From IMG/VR virus record IMGVR_UViG_3300027747_004417: a DNA stretch of 64,000 nucleotides, one strand, 5' to 3'. A model generated the notes under the pieces. That model made no database searches and was not told where the DNA came from. It worked only from the letters and a program-made list of their open reading frames with translations. This document shows positions 20,273 through 31,600 of the stretch, one piece after another. The stretch comes from a virus. The position numbers and the translations under genes were made by a program. Position 1 is the stretch's first letter; each line of letters starts with the position of its first letter.

Positions 20273-21799
20273 TTATTTCTTTGGTTCTGCTGCACTTGCT
20301 TCCAGCGGATATTCGTTTCCGCATCCACCTATAGGTTCTCCTGCAGGTATGTTTACGTTTGGAGCATCCAATCTAACCTTAAATGTAGTAACATAGGACC
20401 CCATATTTATTTGATGATCTACTCCCAGTATCATCCACCTCTTGTTGCTTAATATTGGGTTGCAGTCTGGTTGTTGTATCCATGTGCAGCTACCACCGTC
20501 AATTCCGGCACCCTCGCCTGCTCCGCCTTCAAAATAATATGGATCTATTACTACTATTGACATAAATCTTCCTGTATAAAATACTGGATTTACATATTTT
20601 GGATCTCCAAATATTTTTAGTTCTGCTTCTATTGGTTTTATCATCTGTTCCCAAGGCTTATTGGCTTCATTTTGTATGGAGAAGCTTTCCATGGTTTTTT
20701 CTCCCGATTCATTTGGATCACTCCACAACCATCGGTCATTAGGTTGATTTTGTGAGGTTTGTGTTCCTGTATTTTGTATTGGCTGCATTTCTTTTGATTT
20801 TACATCTTTACCTGAATTTCCACTTGCAGAACCAGCTGAGGTTCCGCCGCTTCCGGCATTGGCCCCTAAAGGCCATTCAACCTGAGGAGCAAACGATAAA
20901 ACAGGAGACTTATTTCCGCCATTAACTATAAAAGTTCCTATGTTGAGCTCCGTGTCACAACATTTTTTGTTAACAGGATCTTCTTGAAATACTATCCTTT
21001 TTTCGCATGGATCCCATACTATTAATACTCCAAGTTTCTCTTGGGTCTTTACATTGTTTAACCATTTTCTAGCACAAGCCACATTGCTTTCTTGCTCTGG
21101 AGCCCAAACAGACTTTGGACCTTCTGGTCCGCCATCGGAGTTTGCAAAGTCGAACTCACCGGTTTTGTCTTTATTCAAAAATATTGGGGTTCTGGACTCT
21201 GGATCTTTTGTAGTGAATAGATCTCTTAGAGCTGTTTTTAAAGGAGCTTTGTTAGATTCGTCGCCAATAGCTTTTTCTAGTCTTGCATCAAAAGACCTTA
21301 CAAAAATATCCTGTGCTTCAAATATAAACTTGATAATTCCATTATCAAAAGTAGTTTGAATGTTTTTAGGCAAAAACCACAGCTCACCACCACCGTCCCC
21401 GCAGCTACTTCTAGATTCATTTGTAATTACATCGGTGTTACCATCGCATGTTTTAACCACCCAACCAAATTTTGCTTTACAAGAATTAACACCCGTAACC
21501 GCCGATAGAGCCTTTGTTATATCAGCGTTTAATCCTTTGACTATATTTTTGTATAGAATTCCTCCTTCGTCTACTATTTCTACTTTTATTCCACACCCAC
21601 CTTGTCCCATTGTAGTTCCATACTGAAAAGACTGTATTGCAGCATGGTTCTGGACCTCGGGTGAAGATCGATTACCCGTCAATAAAACAACGTTTCCCCC
21701 AACTGTTAGTTCTACATAAGGAGTGTAAACAGCACCGTCTATTGGATGCTGCTCTTCGTTACACATATATTCTGATATACAAGATATTTCTGGTTCCAT
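20273..21799 (-). CDS. Baseplate hub protein (gp27/gpD-like)
   Basis: Lies between LysM/gp53 and spike genes; EAELKIFGDP and WMILGVDHQI..YVTTFKV motifs. Confidence 0.6.
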   Translation of the reverse strand: MEPEISCISEYMCNEEQHPIDGAVYTPYVELTVGGNVVLLTGNRSSPEVQNHAAIQSFQYGTTMGQGGCGIKVEIVDEGGILYKNIVKGLNADITKALSAVTGVNSCKAKFGWVVKTCDGNTDVITNESRSSCGDGGGELWFLPKNIQTTFDNGIIKFIFEAQDIFVRSFDARLEKAIGDESNKAPLKTALRDLFTTKDPESRTPIFLNKDKTGEFDFANSDGGPEGPKSVWAPEQESNVACARKWLNNVKTQEKLGVLIVWDPCEKRIVFQEDPVNKKCCDTELNIGTFIVNGGNKSPVLSFAPQVEWPLGANAGSGGTSAGSASGNSGKDVKSKEMQPIQNTGTQTSQNQPNDRWLWSDPNESGEKTMESFSIQNEANKPWEQMIKPIEAELKIFGDPKYVNPVFYTGRFMSIVVIDPYYFEGGAGEGAGIDGGSCTWIQQPDCNPILSNKRWMILGVDHQINMGSYVTTFKVRLDAPNVNIPAGEPIGGCGNEYPLEASAAEPKK

Positions 21800-21801
21800 T
21801 T

Positions 21802-22140
21802 TTAAGCCAATAAAGAGTTAGGAAGTTTAAGATTTAATCCGGCCTTAAAGTCAAATATGTCTTTTATGTTGTTGTACTCCATGACACGCCACCAAAAGTC
21901 AGGTGTTCCGTAAACTTTTGCTGATACTAGATCTGGTCTGTATTCGGTTCCTGGTGTGACTACATAAAACTTTGTTTTAAGACCTGTGTTTTTTGGTTGA
22001 TTATTTTGTTTCTTTTTATAAGTTGCGAAAGTTAGAAGTTTGTTTTCTGTGTAGTACACAACGTTAGAACTAGCATATCTGCTAGATACGGGAACAAATC
22101 TTCTAGGGTCTATGTTTGTTTCTTCTATATGATTAGCCAT
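21802..22140 (-). CDS. LysM-like / gp53-like baseplate (tail X) protein
   Basis: YVVTPGTEYRPDLVSAKVYGTPDFWWRVMEYNNIKD..GLNLKLP. Confidence 0.8.
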   Translation of the reverse strand: MANHIEETNIDPRRFVPVSSRYASSNVVYYTENKLLTFATYKKKQNNQPKNTGLKTKFYVVTPGTEYRPDLVSAKVYGTPDFWWRVMEYNNIKDIFDFKAGLNLKLPNSLLA

Positions 22141-22142
22141 TT

Positions 22143-22661
22143 TTAGATATCTCCTATTATGTCTGAAGTTATTGGCAAACTAGTTTGGTCATATACCACA
22201 TCAAACTGAAGGTCTATATCTAGCTTGTACGGTATCATCCAAGATTGTTCCCAAGGAACTGATGTGTCAAATTTTATACTGTAGCTTTTAAGCACACAGC
22301 ATAACTCTCCACCCGATAACAGACTTCCGCATTTAAGCCTACACAGTGGAGGAGGATGTCCCGACATATTTTCGGGATAGCAAGCACTCTGCAAGGTTCT
22401 TATGTAACCCAGATAAGTCTCAGGGTCCTCTGTCTTCTTTATAATCCAGTGACATGTCCAAGATATTGTTCTTAGCTCTCCGTTCGCAAATATAACGAAA
22501 GGAGATGTTCTTCCTATTGCGTTTTCATTCGTGTAATTTGCACTTTTTGAGTCAGAAATGTCCGGCAATATTGTCATTGGTATTGTTGCGTAATTTACCA
22601 CTTCAATATAGCATTCATCTATTTCTACTAAATCTCCGCCTGGTATTGTAGCTTTTGTCAT
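22143..22661 (-). CDS. Tail tube initiator (gp48/gp54/GpU-like)
   Basis: ISDSKSANY..IGRTSP..RTISW..PPLCRL..LKSYSIKFD; immediately follows the tape measure. Confidence 0.65.
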   Translation of the reverse strand: MTKATIPGGDLVEIDECYIEVVNYATIPMTILPDISDSKSANYTNENAIGRTSPFVIFANGELRTISWTCHWIIKKTEDPETYLGYIRTLQSACYPENMSGHPPPLCRLKCGSLLSGGELCCVLKSYSIKFDTSVPWEQSWMIPYKLDIDLQFDVVYDQTSLPITSDIIGDI

Positions 22662-22675
22662 TTAACCTCTAATTA

Positions 22676-25600
22676 TTATGAAACTGCTTTTGCTCCTAGA
22701 TTTACTGTTGCTTTTCCAGGTCCTTGACCAACATTTCCTGATACTCTTCTATAATAGTTAGTTGGCTTGCCAACTACATTCTTGGGTACGGTGCTACCTG
22801 GTTCTCCACCCTCTCCGGTACTTGCCTGCGACTTTGGCTTAAGCATTTCTAGGAATTGTTCAAATAGTTCTTTCATTTGGTTTAGTACCACTGTTTGTTC
22901 TTCTGTTTCTGTGGTAAGAGCTCCTAGCTCTGGCGACACCACCTCTGATTTAGCTGGCGATAGCGAAGCTTTGTCTTTCATCAACTTCTGTTCTATGTTG
23001 GCTCTGTTTGCCGCAGTCGGAGAAGCTGTGCTTACAGCCACTGGAACTGTAGTTGATGGTTTGCCCCCAACAGATTCTACTTGGCTTGGAATGGCTGCTT
23101 CTAAGCTGGTTCCCGGCATCGCGTTGCCTATATGAGATTCTTTTATAGATCCATAGGACAAGTTTCTTCCTGAAACAACTTCGTCTATGTGCCTAATTGA
23201 TTCTGGTGATGACAATTTACCTGATAAATTCTCAGTTGGTGCAGGATGATATTTTTCGCTCCATTCATCCGTGAATTGACTCTTAAAGTTTGTTGGAGTC
23301 ATTTTTCTTGTTTCTTGAACGGCCACATCAGACAAGGAGCTTTCTACTTTATTCGTTGGTGCTTCAACATTAGCTGCTAAAGAGCTTTCTGCTTTAGCTG
23401 TAGGTGTTTCAACGTTAGTTGTAGATTCTTTTGATGTTGCTGATTTCTTAGTTCCTCCTCCAAACAAGCCCTCTACTATCCATCCCGCATTTACGGCTGA
23501 GGCGGCTGCGTATAAAGCATTGTACATAGCACCAGGGATGGCGGATAAAAGAGAGGTTATGCCATCGAATATTGTTTTGCCTAACCAAACGGGTAGATCA
23601 AAGAATATGGCTTTCATTCCGCTGATTATTAAACCTCCCAATAAAGATGGAAGCGTAACAAACACAGCTTTTATTCCGTTAAGCACTACTGATCCCAATG
23701 ATCCCAAAGCAGACAAAAGCATTGTTGGAAGCTTGACAAACACCGCTTGCAACCCAGCTAATGCTAAAGAGGCTAAAGAACCCAAACCAGACATTATCAT
23801 TTGAGGCAAATCACTCAAAACAAACTTAAGTCCACCTAGTACAAATTTTCCTATCATTTTAGGAATGCCCATAAAAACCATCTTCAAACCAGATAATATT
23901 ATAGAACCTAAGGAACCTAATCCGCTTAAAACTAGATTTGGCAAATCAACAAACACGGCTTTTAATCCGGATATTAATAAGCCGCCAATCATTACTGGTA
24001 GATCAACAAATACGGCTTTTAATCCGGATATTAACAAGCCGCCAATCATTACCGGTAGATCAACAAATACAGCCTTTAGTCCGGAGTTGATTGTGTTTCC
24101 CATAGAACCGATGTCAAATACACCCTTTTCTTTTCCTTCTGCTTTGCCCGCAGATGCAAGAACTGCCTTCTCAGTGTTCTGGACTGGCGATACAGACGTG
24201 GCGTCCGTTTGTTTGCTCTGCACTAAAGAGGACTCCACAGCAGCGGTTGGAGAGGTTACTGATAATCCCGTTTCTTTTTTCTGTGCCAATGATGATTCTA
24301 TTTCTGACGTGGCTGAAACGGTCCCTGGTCCTGGGGCTGGGTGGTACTTTTCACTCCACTCATCTGTGAATTGACTCTTAAAGTTTGTTGGAGTCATTTG
24401 TCTTGTTTGAGTTTCTTGAATAGCAGCGGACTCAACAGTCGCTATTGGTGTAGCAACTTGTCCAATCGCTGGAATAGCAGCGGACTCAACAGTTGCTGTT
24501 GGTGTAGCAACTTGTCCAATCGCTGGAAGAGAGCTTAGTATTTCTAACATTGGAGCAACAGAACCTAAGTTTATTGCTACTTCTATTAGTCTGTTAAGAC
24601 CGGATTCTATTCCGTCTATGTTAGCTAGGCTTTCTTCAAAGGCAGATAAAGCTCCTGTTATAGTTGTAAGAGCCTGTGCAAAAGTATTTAAGTTGGGTCC
24701 TGCGTCTGCAAGTCTTACAATATTATCTAAGGTTGAACTGTTTCCCCCAAAGAAGCTTATCCAACCAGCAGCAGCAGTTGCTGCAGAGAAAGCTATTATG
24801 GCTCCGGACAGAACAACAAGTCCTCCTGCTATGCCAACAAGGCCCGCAGCTTTTTCTAGGCTCACCGCTCCTAAAAAGTTAACCATTCCATCTGCTACCG
24901 CAGTTATTATTCCGCTTATTCCGCCCAACACTGTCGATATAACACCTCCAAATGCTGCAACTAAAGGAGACAAAGTACTTAATGCATATCCAAGAGGTAT
25001 AAGGGCAGCACCCAGCCCTGCTATCGCTAGTATGCCTAGCCACATCATGGGGTTAGCAGCAGCTGAGCCAAAGCTTGTCAAACCTGTTGACAATGCAGTC
25101 AAACCAGAAGTAACCAAACCAGACATTGCTCCTAGTATGGCTAATCCTGGTAAAGCTGGTAACAGACCAAGTAAGCCTATTGAAGATAGTAATATGGCTC
25201 CTGCTCCTAGTAAAACCTTGCCGCTGGCCATGGACTTTAGACCCTCTGCTAGACCTCCAAGAGATGCTGCAATCTTTTTTCCGTCTGTTTTCTCTATTAG
25301 TTTGGCTCCAAGGAATCCAGGTATCATAGCCGTCAAACCAATTCCTGTTGGAATTAAGTTAAGAGCTCCTAAGAAAGATTCTTTATTTGCAAAGCTTTTA
25401 AGTCCTTCTGCTAAATTTTTGAGTGCTTCTTTGACTCCTTCAAAATTGCCCTTTACTGATTCACCTGCTTCACCAATCTTCTTAACGTTCTCTACAGGGG
25501 CTACTGCTGCTGTGGGAGCTCCAACTGAGGCGACTGCACCCTCTGGACCGGCCTTCTTGGAGAACAAGGACTTAACAGCACCACCTGCTGAACTGATTCC

Positions 25601-28600
25601 ACCTTGTGCTTTTTCTTTTAGTCCCTTTAGGGCTCCGCCCGCTAAGGTCATACCTTTCTTTCCATATTCTTTTATGCTACTGAAAGCATTGCCTGCTATT
25701 TCTGATATTGATTTTCCTTTGGTCAAAGACATAAATTGAGAAGTCATTCCTCTTGAAAGAGACTTAAATACTCCTTCTCCTGCTTCCATGGATCTGGTAA
25801 ATCCTTTGGTCAGAGGTGCAAAAGAACTGGAGAAGAATCCTGACATTCCGGAGAATGCTTTGCTTGCATATCCTCCAACAACATTAAACGCCTTAGCGGC
25901 ATTGTCCTTCAATGATTGTGGCACATTATTACTTATGTAGCTGAACGCTTTAGATCCTCCGTCTTTTATCTGGTCAAAAGCTCCCTTTGCTATTTCTGAT
26001 ATTGGCTTGCCCTTAGTAATAGACATATATTGTGACGTTATGCCACGAGAAACAGATTGAAACACGCCAGCACCAGATTCCATGGATCTTGTGAAGCCCT
26101 TTGTCAATGGTGCGAATGAACTAGACAGATAGCTCCCAGCACTAGATAAGGCTTTTCCACCTACGTCCTTTATTGTTCCAAAAGCTTTTGCTGCGTTATC
26201 TTTTACAGATTGTGGTATCTTATTGCTTATGTAATTAAATGCTTTGATACCACCATCCTTAACACTAGAGAAAGCCTTACCTGCATTATCCTTCCAAGAT
26301 TGTGGTATCTTGCTTTTTATAGTTTCGAATGCTTTGATTCCGTTGTCTTTTATCTGGCTGAAAGAATTAGATATTACTTCTGATACTGGCTTGCCTTTGG
26401 TTATGGACATGTATTGTGATGTTATGCCTCTAGACAAAGACTTAAATATACCTTCACCCGCTTCCATAGACCTTGTAAACCCCTTTGTTAGAGGGGCAAA
26501 GCTACTTGATAGATATCCTCCCACACTTGATATGGCTTTACTACCTTTTTCTTTTATTACTTTAAAAGCTTCTGCTGAAGTATCTTTTACCGATTGTGGT
26601 ATTTTATTGTTTATTGTAGAAAATGCTTTGCTTGCATTTTCTTTCCATGATTGAGGTATGTTACTGTTTATATAATTAAATGCTTTTACTCCGCTGCTCT
26701 TAATCTGTTCGAAAGCTCCTTGAGCCATCTCCGACACAGACTTTCCTTTTGTGATTGACATGTACTGTGACTGAATTCCTCTGGAGAGAGATGTAAATAT
26801 TCCTTCTCCTGCATTCATCGATCTTGTGAAACCCTTGGTTAGTGGAGCAAAAGAACTTGAGAAATAGCTTGACATTTCACTGAATGCTTTTCCTGAACGA
26901 GATTTAACGCCCTCAAAAGCAGATGTAGACTTATCAACAATAGACCTAGGCAGATTATTTTTTAAGCTTCCGAACAAACCGTCAGCAGATTCTGCGACAG
27001 CTCCACAACAATCTGCTGGATTAGATTCAAAAGAAGGAATCATTGAAAACAATCCTTCTCCAATAGAATATAATGTTCCTAGTATGCCCGACCCTTCGCT
27101 TGCTGCTGCCCCCTTAGCGGGTGTATTGTTTTTTGAGCTACCGCTTACAACCTTAACAATATCGGCCATGGATTTTTTAAATGATTCCAACATTTTTGAT
27201 ATAGCAGGGGCTAATGCAACACCTAAGCCAACAGATAGAGCACCTTTTCCTATATCAAGAAAAGTGTTTGTAACAGGAGCATCACCTTCGTCAAAGCTGC
27301 CTGCTTCTCCACGAGATATTGATGAAGTAAAAGCTTTTTTGCCGCTTTTAGTTATCTGGCTCAAAATTTTCTTTAGGGTTGAATTTATTTCATAAAGACC
27401 TGATATTATTCCACTTGAGTATTTTTCTATACCACTAAGAGGAACAACAGCCTCAGGTCCAGCTTCGCCTATAACACCTAATGTTGCTTTGCTAACAACA
27501 CCACCTTCTGCAAATTTTGGAATATATTCTGCCTCAACTTTTGCTTCACCGTGGTCTTTCATCCATTGAGCCTTAGACTTATACTTAACCCCAGATAGCA
27601 CCTCAGGTCCTATACTGTAATTTTCACCTGAAACTCCTTTTATTGCTTTAAGTATCTCTGCCTTAGCTAACATTGTGGCACTCTCTATGGCATCGTTTCT
27701 TTCTTCTGCATCATTGAACTCATACCTTTCTACAGCCTCAACTCTTATTGGTTCTTTCTTTTTACTTGCACCTTTAAGAGCCTCACTCGCCTCTGCTGTC
27801 TTGGGTTGAGGTGTGATTTGTCCCTTTTTAGGAGTTGCAGCTGCTGGCAAGGCCGATCTTCCTGGTCCACCTGCACCAGCATTGATTCCTTCGTTTACGG
27901 CTCTCACCTCTAGTGCATCATCATGATTTTCTTTAGACCATCTTGCTACAGCTTTAACAACTTTCTTCTCCATGTCCACTTGAGTGTCAACCTCAACACC
28001 AGACAAGTCTGTTCTTCCCGTCTTCTTGGATAGTGCAACTATCGCAGCAGCTTCGGCCTGTTTCTCGGCCATGTTTATTGCCATCTCGGATCTGCCTCTT
28101 ATGGCCTTTTGAACTTCTGCTTCAAACACCTTAGGATCAGATACTTTTTGGACCCCTTCTTTCATTGAAACTATGCCGTCTAGGTCCATAGGCTTTATTC
28201 CAAGAAAGGCTCGCCCAGCTAAGCCCATAGTGCTTGCTACTTTTTCTATTATCATGATGAACTCAGTCAGTTGATCATTGACCTCAGATAGCTCATCAGA
28301 ACTTGGTAAGAACTTTTGTATTGGTTTTACAATACCCTCATTTATAATGTTTGCCATTGAAATGAAGTTTTTACTTAATTTGCTTATCTTGAATCCGTTT
28401 ATTATTCTCCATAAGAATCCCTTTGAAAACAGGCTTATGGAGCCACCTAGTTCATCAAACATTTCTGGAATGGCTGACATGGAGGCTGTTAATACTCTTA
28501 ACTTTACTCTGACTCCGTCCATCTCTTTGGCATCTGGCACCAAAGCGTTCACAGGGTTTATTATGCCTACTTTTAGGAAGCTTATAATGCTGTAAAACCA

Positions 28601-31600
28601 ACCAGAAAACTTTTCTATTTGTGAGGCTATAAGTTCTGCTGGGGCTTCCCTAAGGCATTCTCTCTCATTTAACCCAACAAACATTTGTGCAAGATTTTTT
28701 ATTATACTTGACATTGAGCCTACAACGTTGCTCATTGCACTCAATGTCGAACCAGCTTTTCTTATTTCTTTTGGATCCCCGATAACATTGTTTATTGGGT
28801 TTACTACTCCATCTTTAAGAAAATGGGCTATCTCAAAGAACCATTTTGCAAATTTTTCTTTGCTGTTTATTATTGCTTCCATCGGGACTTCTTTGCTTAG
28901 GTCTTGCCCCGATTCAACAAGAGGCACAAAACCCTTAGACATTCCTAAGATTACCCTAGGCACTGAGCTTACTATATTGTTCATTGCTGATAGAGTAGAA
29001 GAAGCTTGTCTTATCCCCTTCGTATCAGGAAAAACCTCTTTAACTGGTATAACAATTCCGTCTCTTAAAAATACGGCTATCTTCTTGAAGTAGTCTGCAA
29101 ATAAATTTTTATAAGATAATATTTTGTCTATTGGGAAGTCGGTGTCTAGCTTGTCTACAGTTTCACCACTCATCATTCCCATGACGCCTGTTAGGTTCTT
29201 TATAATGGGAACTACAGACGCTACTATGTTTGACATAGCTGACATGGTTTTTGAAGATCCTGCTAAGTCTATTCCATCAAGCTCTTTTTTAACTGGGAGT
29301 GCTATTCCGTCTCTCACAAATGCTGCTATTTCTTTAAAGTAAGCAGAAAAAGCTCCTTTAGAATCTGCTATTTTTTTCATTGGTGTTTCACCAAAGAAGT
29401 CATCTTTATCAACCGCTAAAGACACAGCACCGACCAAACCCTTGATCACAACCGGAACGCCAGCCAGTAGATATGCCGTTTGCTTTAGGTTGTTTGCACC
29501 AACTGTTATCTCCTCAGAAGGAAGCTCCAACGACGGCTTCAGCAATCCTGAGAGTACAAAATCTTTTGCCGTTTCTAGGTACTTTGAGAATTGATCCTTG
29601 TTAATTCTTATTTTTTCTAATGGTGCTTTTTCAAATATTGATTTGCTCTCCATCAAAGAGAACACTCCGCTTAAGTTATCCAATATTAGTTTTATCCCAT
29701 AAATAAAACACCCTATATCTTTAAGTTTGGCCCCAGCCTCAACCAAACCTTCCGCATTGGTTATTTTCTTTATGGGCTCAAGAATTCCAGAGTTAATGAA
29801 ACCCGATACTCCAGCAAAATATTGTGTAAACTTATCCTTGTTTGCACTTATTGTTTTCATTGGGGAAGAAGAGAAAAATCCATCTGTGGTTAAACCTATC
29901 ATTGACTGCAAAGAGCTCATAGAAGACGATGTCTCTTTCAACAGTTGCGATACCCCAACTAACTTCTTAGCTGATTCTTTTAACTTAGATCCATCATCTA
30001 TGTTTGAAATTGGACCCACTATTCCATCTGTTATAAACTTAGAAATAGAAACAAAGAATCCATTGAACTTTGGTATAGCCCCTTTTATTGCTTCTACGTC
30101 TGATCCACTAAACCAACCTGATTTTGTTATCGGTACAATTTTTTCTCTTATTACAGCTACTGTCTCACCAACTTTTTGGAATATTTGTGATATAGAACTC
30201 AAGTTTTTAACAGTGGCTTTTAGTTCGCCAACATTTTTAAATGAACTGCTGACATTCTGTATCATTGAGTTTATGAATTGAGCCAATACTGGAAAGAACT
30301 TGTCCATTTCTTTTTTGGCCTTAACCATTTGTTCTATTGGAGAATCTACGAACCAACCGCTCTTTGTTAGTGGGTTTATTCTATCTTTCAAATGGTTTAG
30401 AACGCAACTAAACACCTCAACAACACCCGCTACTTGTTGTAAGCCTTTAACAGCAGCTTTAGCCTCTTGTGGTTTAACTTTGCTACCAACTTCTTTAGAG
30501 AAATCTGTTATAGAAGATACGTAGTTTATTATTGGGAGCTTAAGCTCTCCTAAGGCTTTCACTCCTTTATTCATTGCGTCTGGTATGTTGGTAGCCCATA
30601 GCCAGAACCCTTCACTCGTTTTTACTTTTACTAACTTATCTTTTGTTGCTACAATCTTTTCTGTTACATCACCTGATGCTCCAAGAATTTCTGCAACTCC
30701 TCTTGCCATGGATGCTGCTTGTCTAACATCTAACTTTCTACCTACTTCTGAAGAGAAGCCTTTTATTGTATCTACATATTCTATTATTGGTCCCGACAGC
30801 TCTTTGAGTGCTTTTACTCCTTCTCTAGACTTTTTGACATAGTCTTTTCTAAACCAGCCCCATCCTGTGGAGGTTTTTATCTTGCTTAGTTCTTCTCTTG
30901 TTTCAAGAACCTTTTTTGTAACTTCCCCCGTTCCAGATATTATTTCTGCAACACCATTAGCCATAGAAGCTGCTAGTCTTGGGTTGAGTCTTCTTCCCAG
31001 TCTCTTAGAGAACCTCTTTATTACTGCTACGTAGCTTAGGACTGGTTCACTCATCTTTTCCAAAGCAACGGCACCAGAATTCATTTGCTTGACGTAGTTT
31101 GTTCCGAACCAACCCCACTCTTTGTATTTTATTCCGCTAAGATTTTCTTTATTTTTAAGGATTATTCTTGAAACGCCCCCTACAGCACACAGTATATCTT
31201 CAACTCCAACTGCCATTTCAGCAGCCATCCTGGGGCTTAGAGTGCCTCCCACTTTAGATGAGAACGCTTTGATTGCTGCAACGTATCTTGTTATTGGCCC
31301 ACTTAAATTCTTTAATGCGTCTACTCCACTATCAACCATGTCTCCTACTGTTTTTCCACGTAACCAATTAAAAAATCCTTGGTACTTAGACATCTTCTTT
31401 AAAGGCTCAGCAGATTTGAATATAGAATCTGTTATAGAGGCACAAGACTGGAGTATTGAGCTAACTCCTTCTCCCATTGGCTTAGCTTCTCTTGGATCCA
31501 CTATTCTTCCAACTACACCTGAAAACAACTTGACTGCTGAAACGTACGCTATTATTGGAGCCATTAAATCCTTGAGGGCCCTGACTCCGTCCCACATGCG

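Noticed and set aside
12513-22661. Bacterial eCIS/T6SS locus rather than phage
   Set aside because: gp2-like DNA end protector, giant tape measure, T4-type late motifs, tagged internal-protein-like ORFs and dense accessory small genes point to a phage; no T6SS membrane complex or ClpV.
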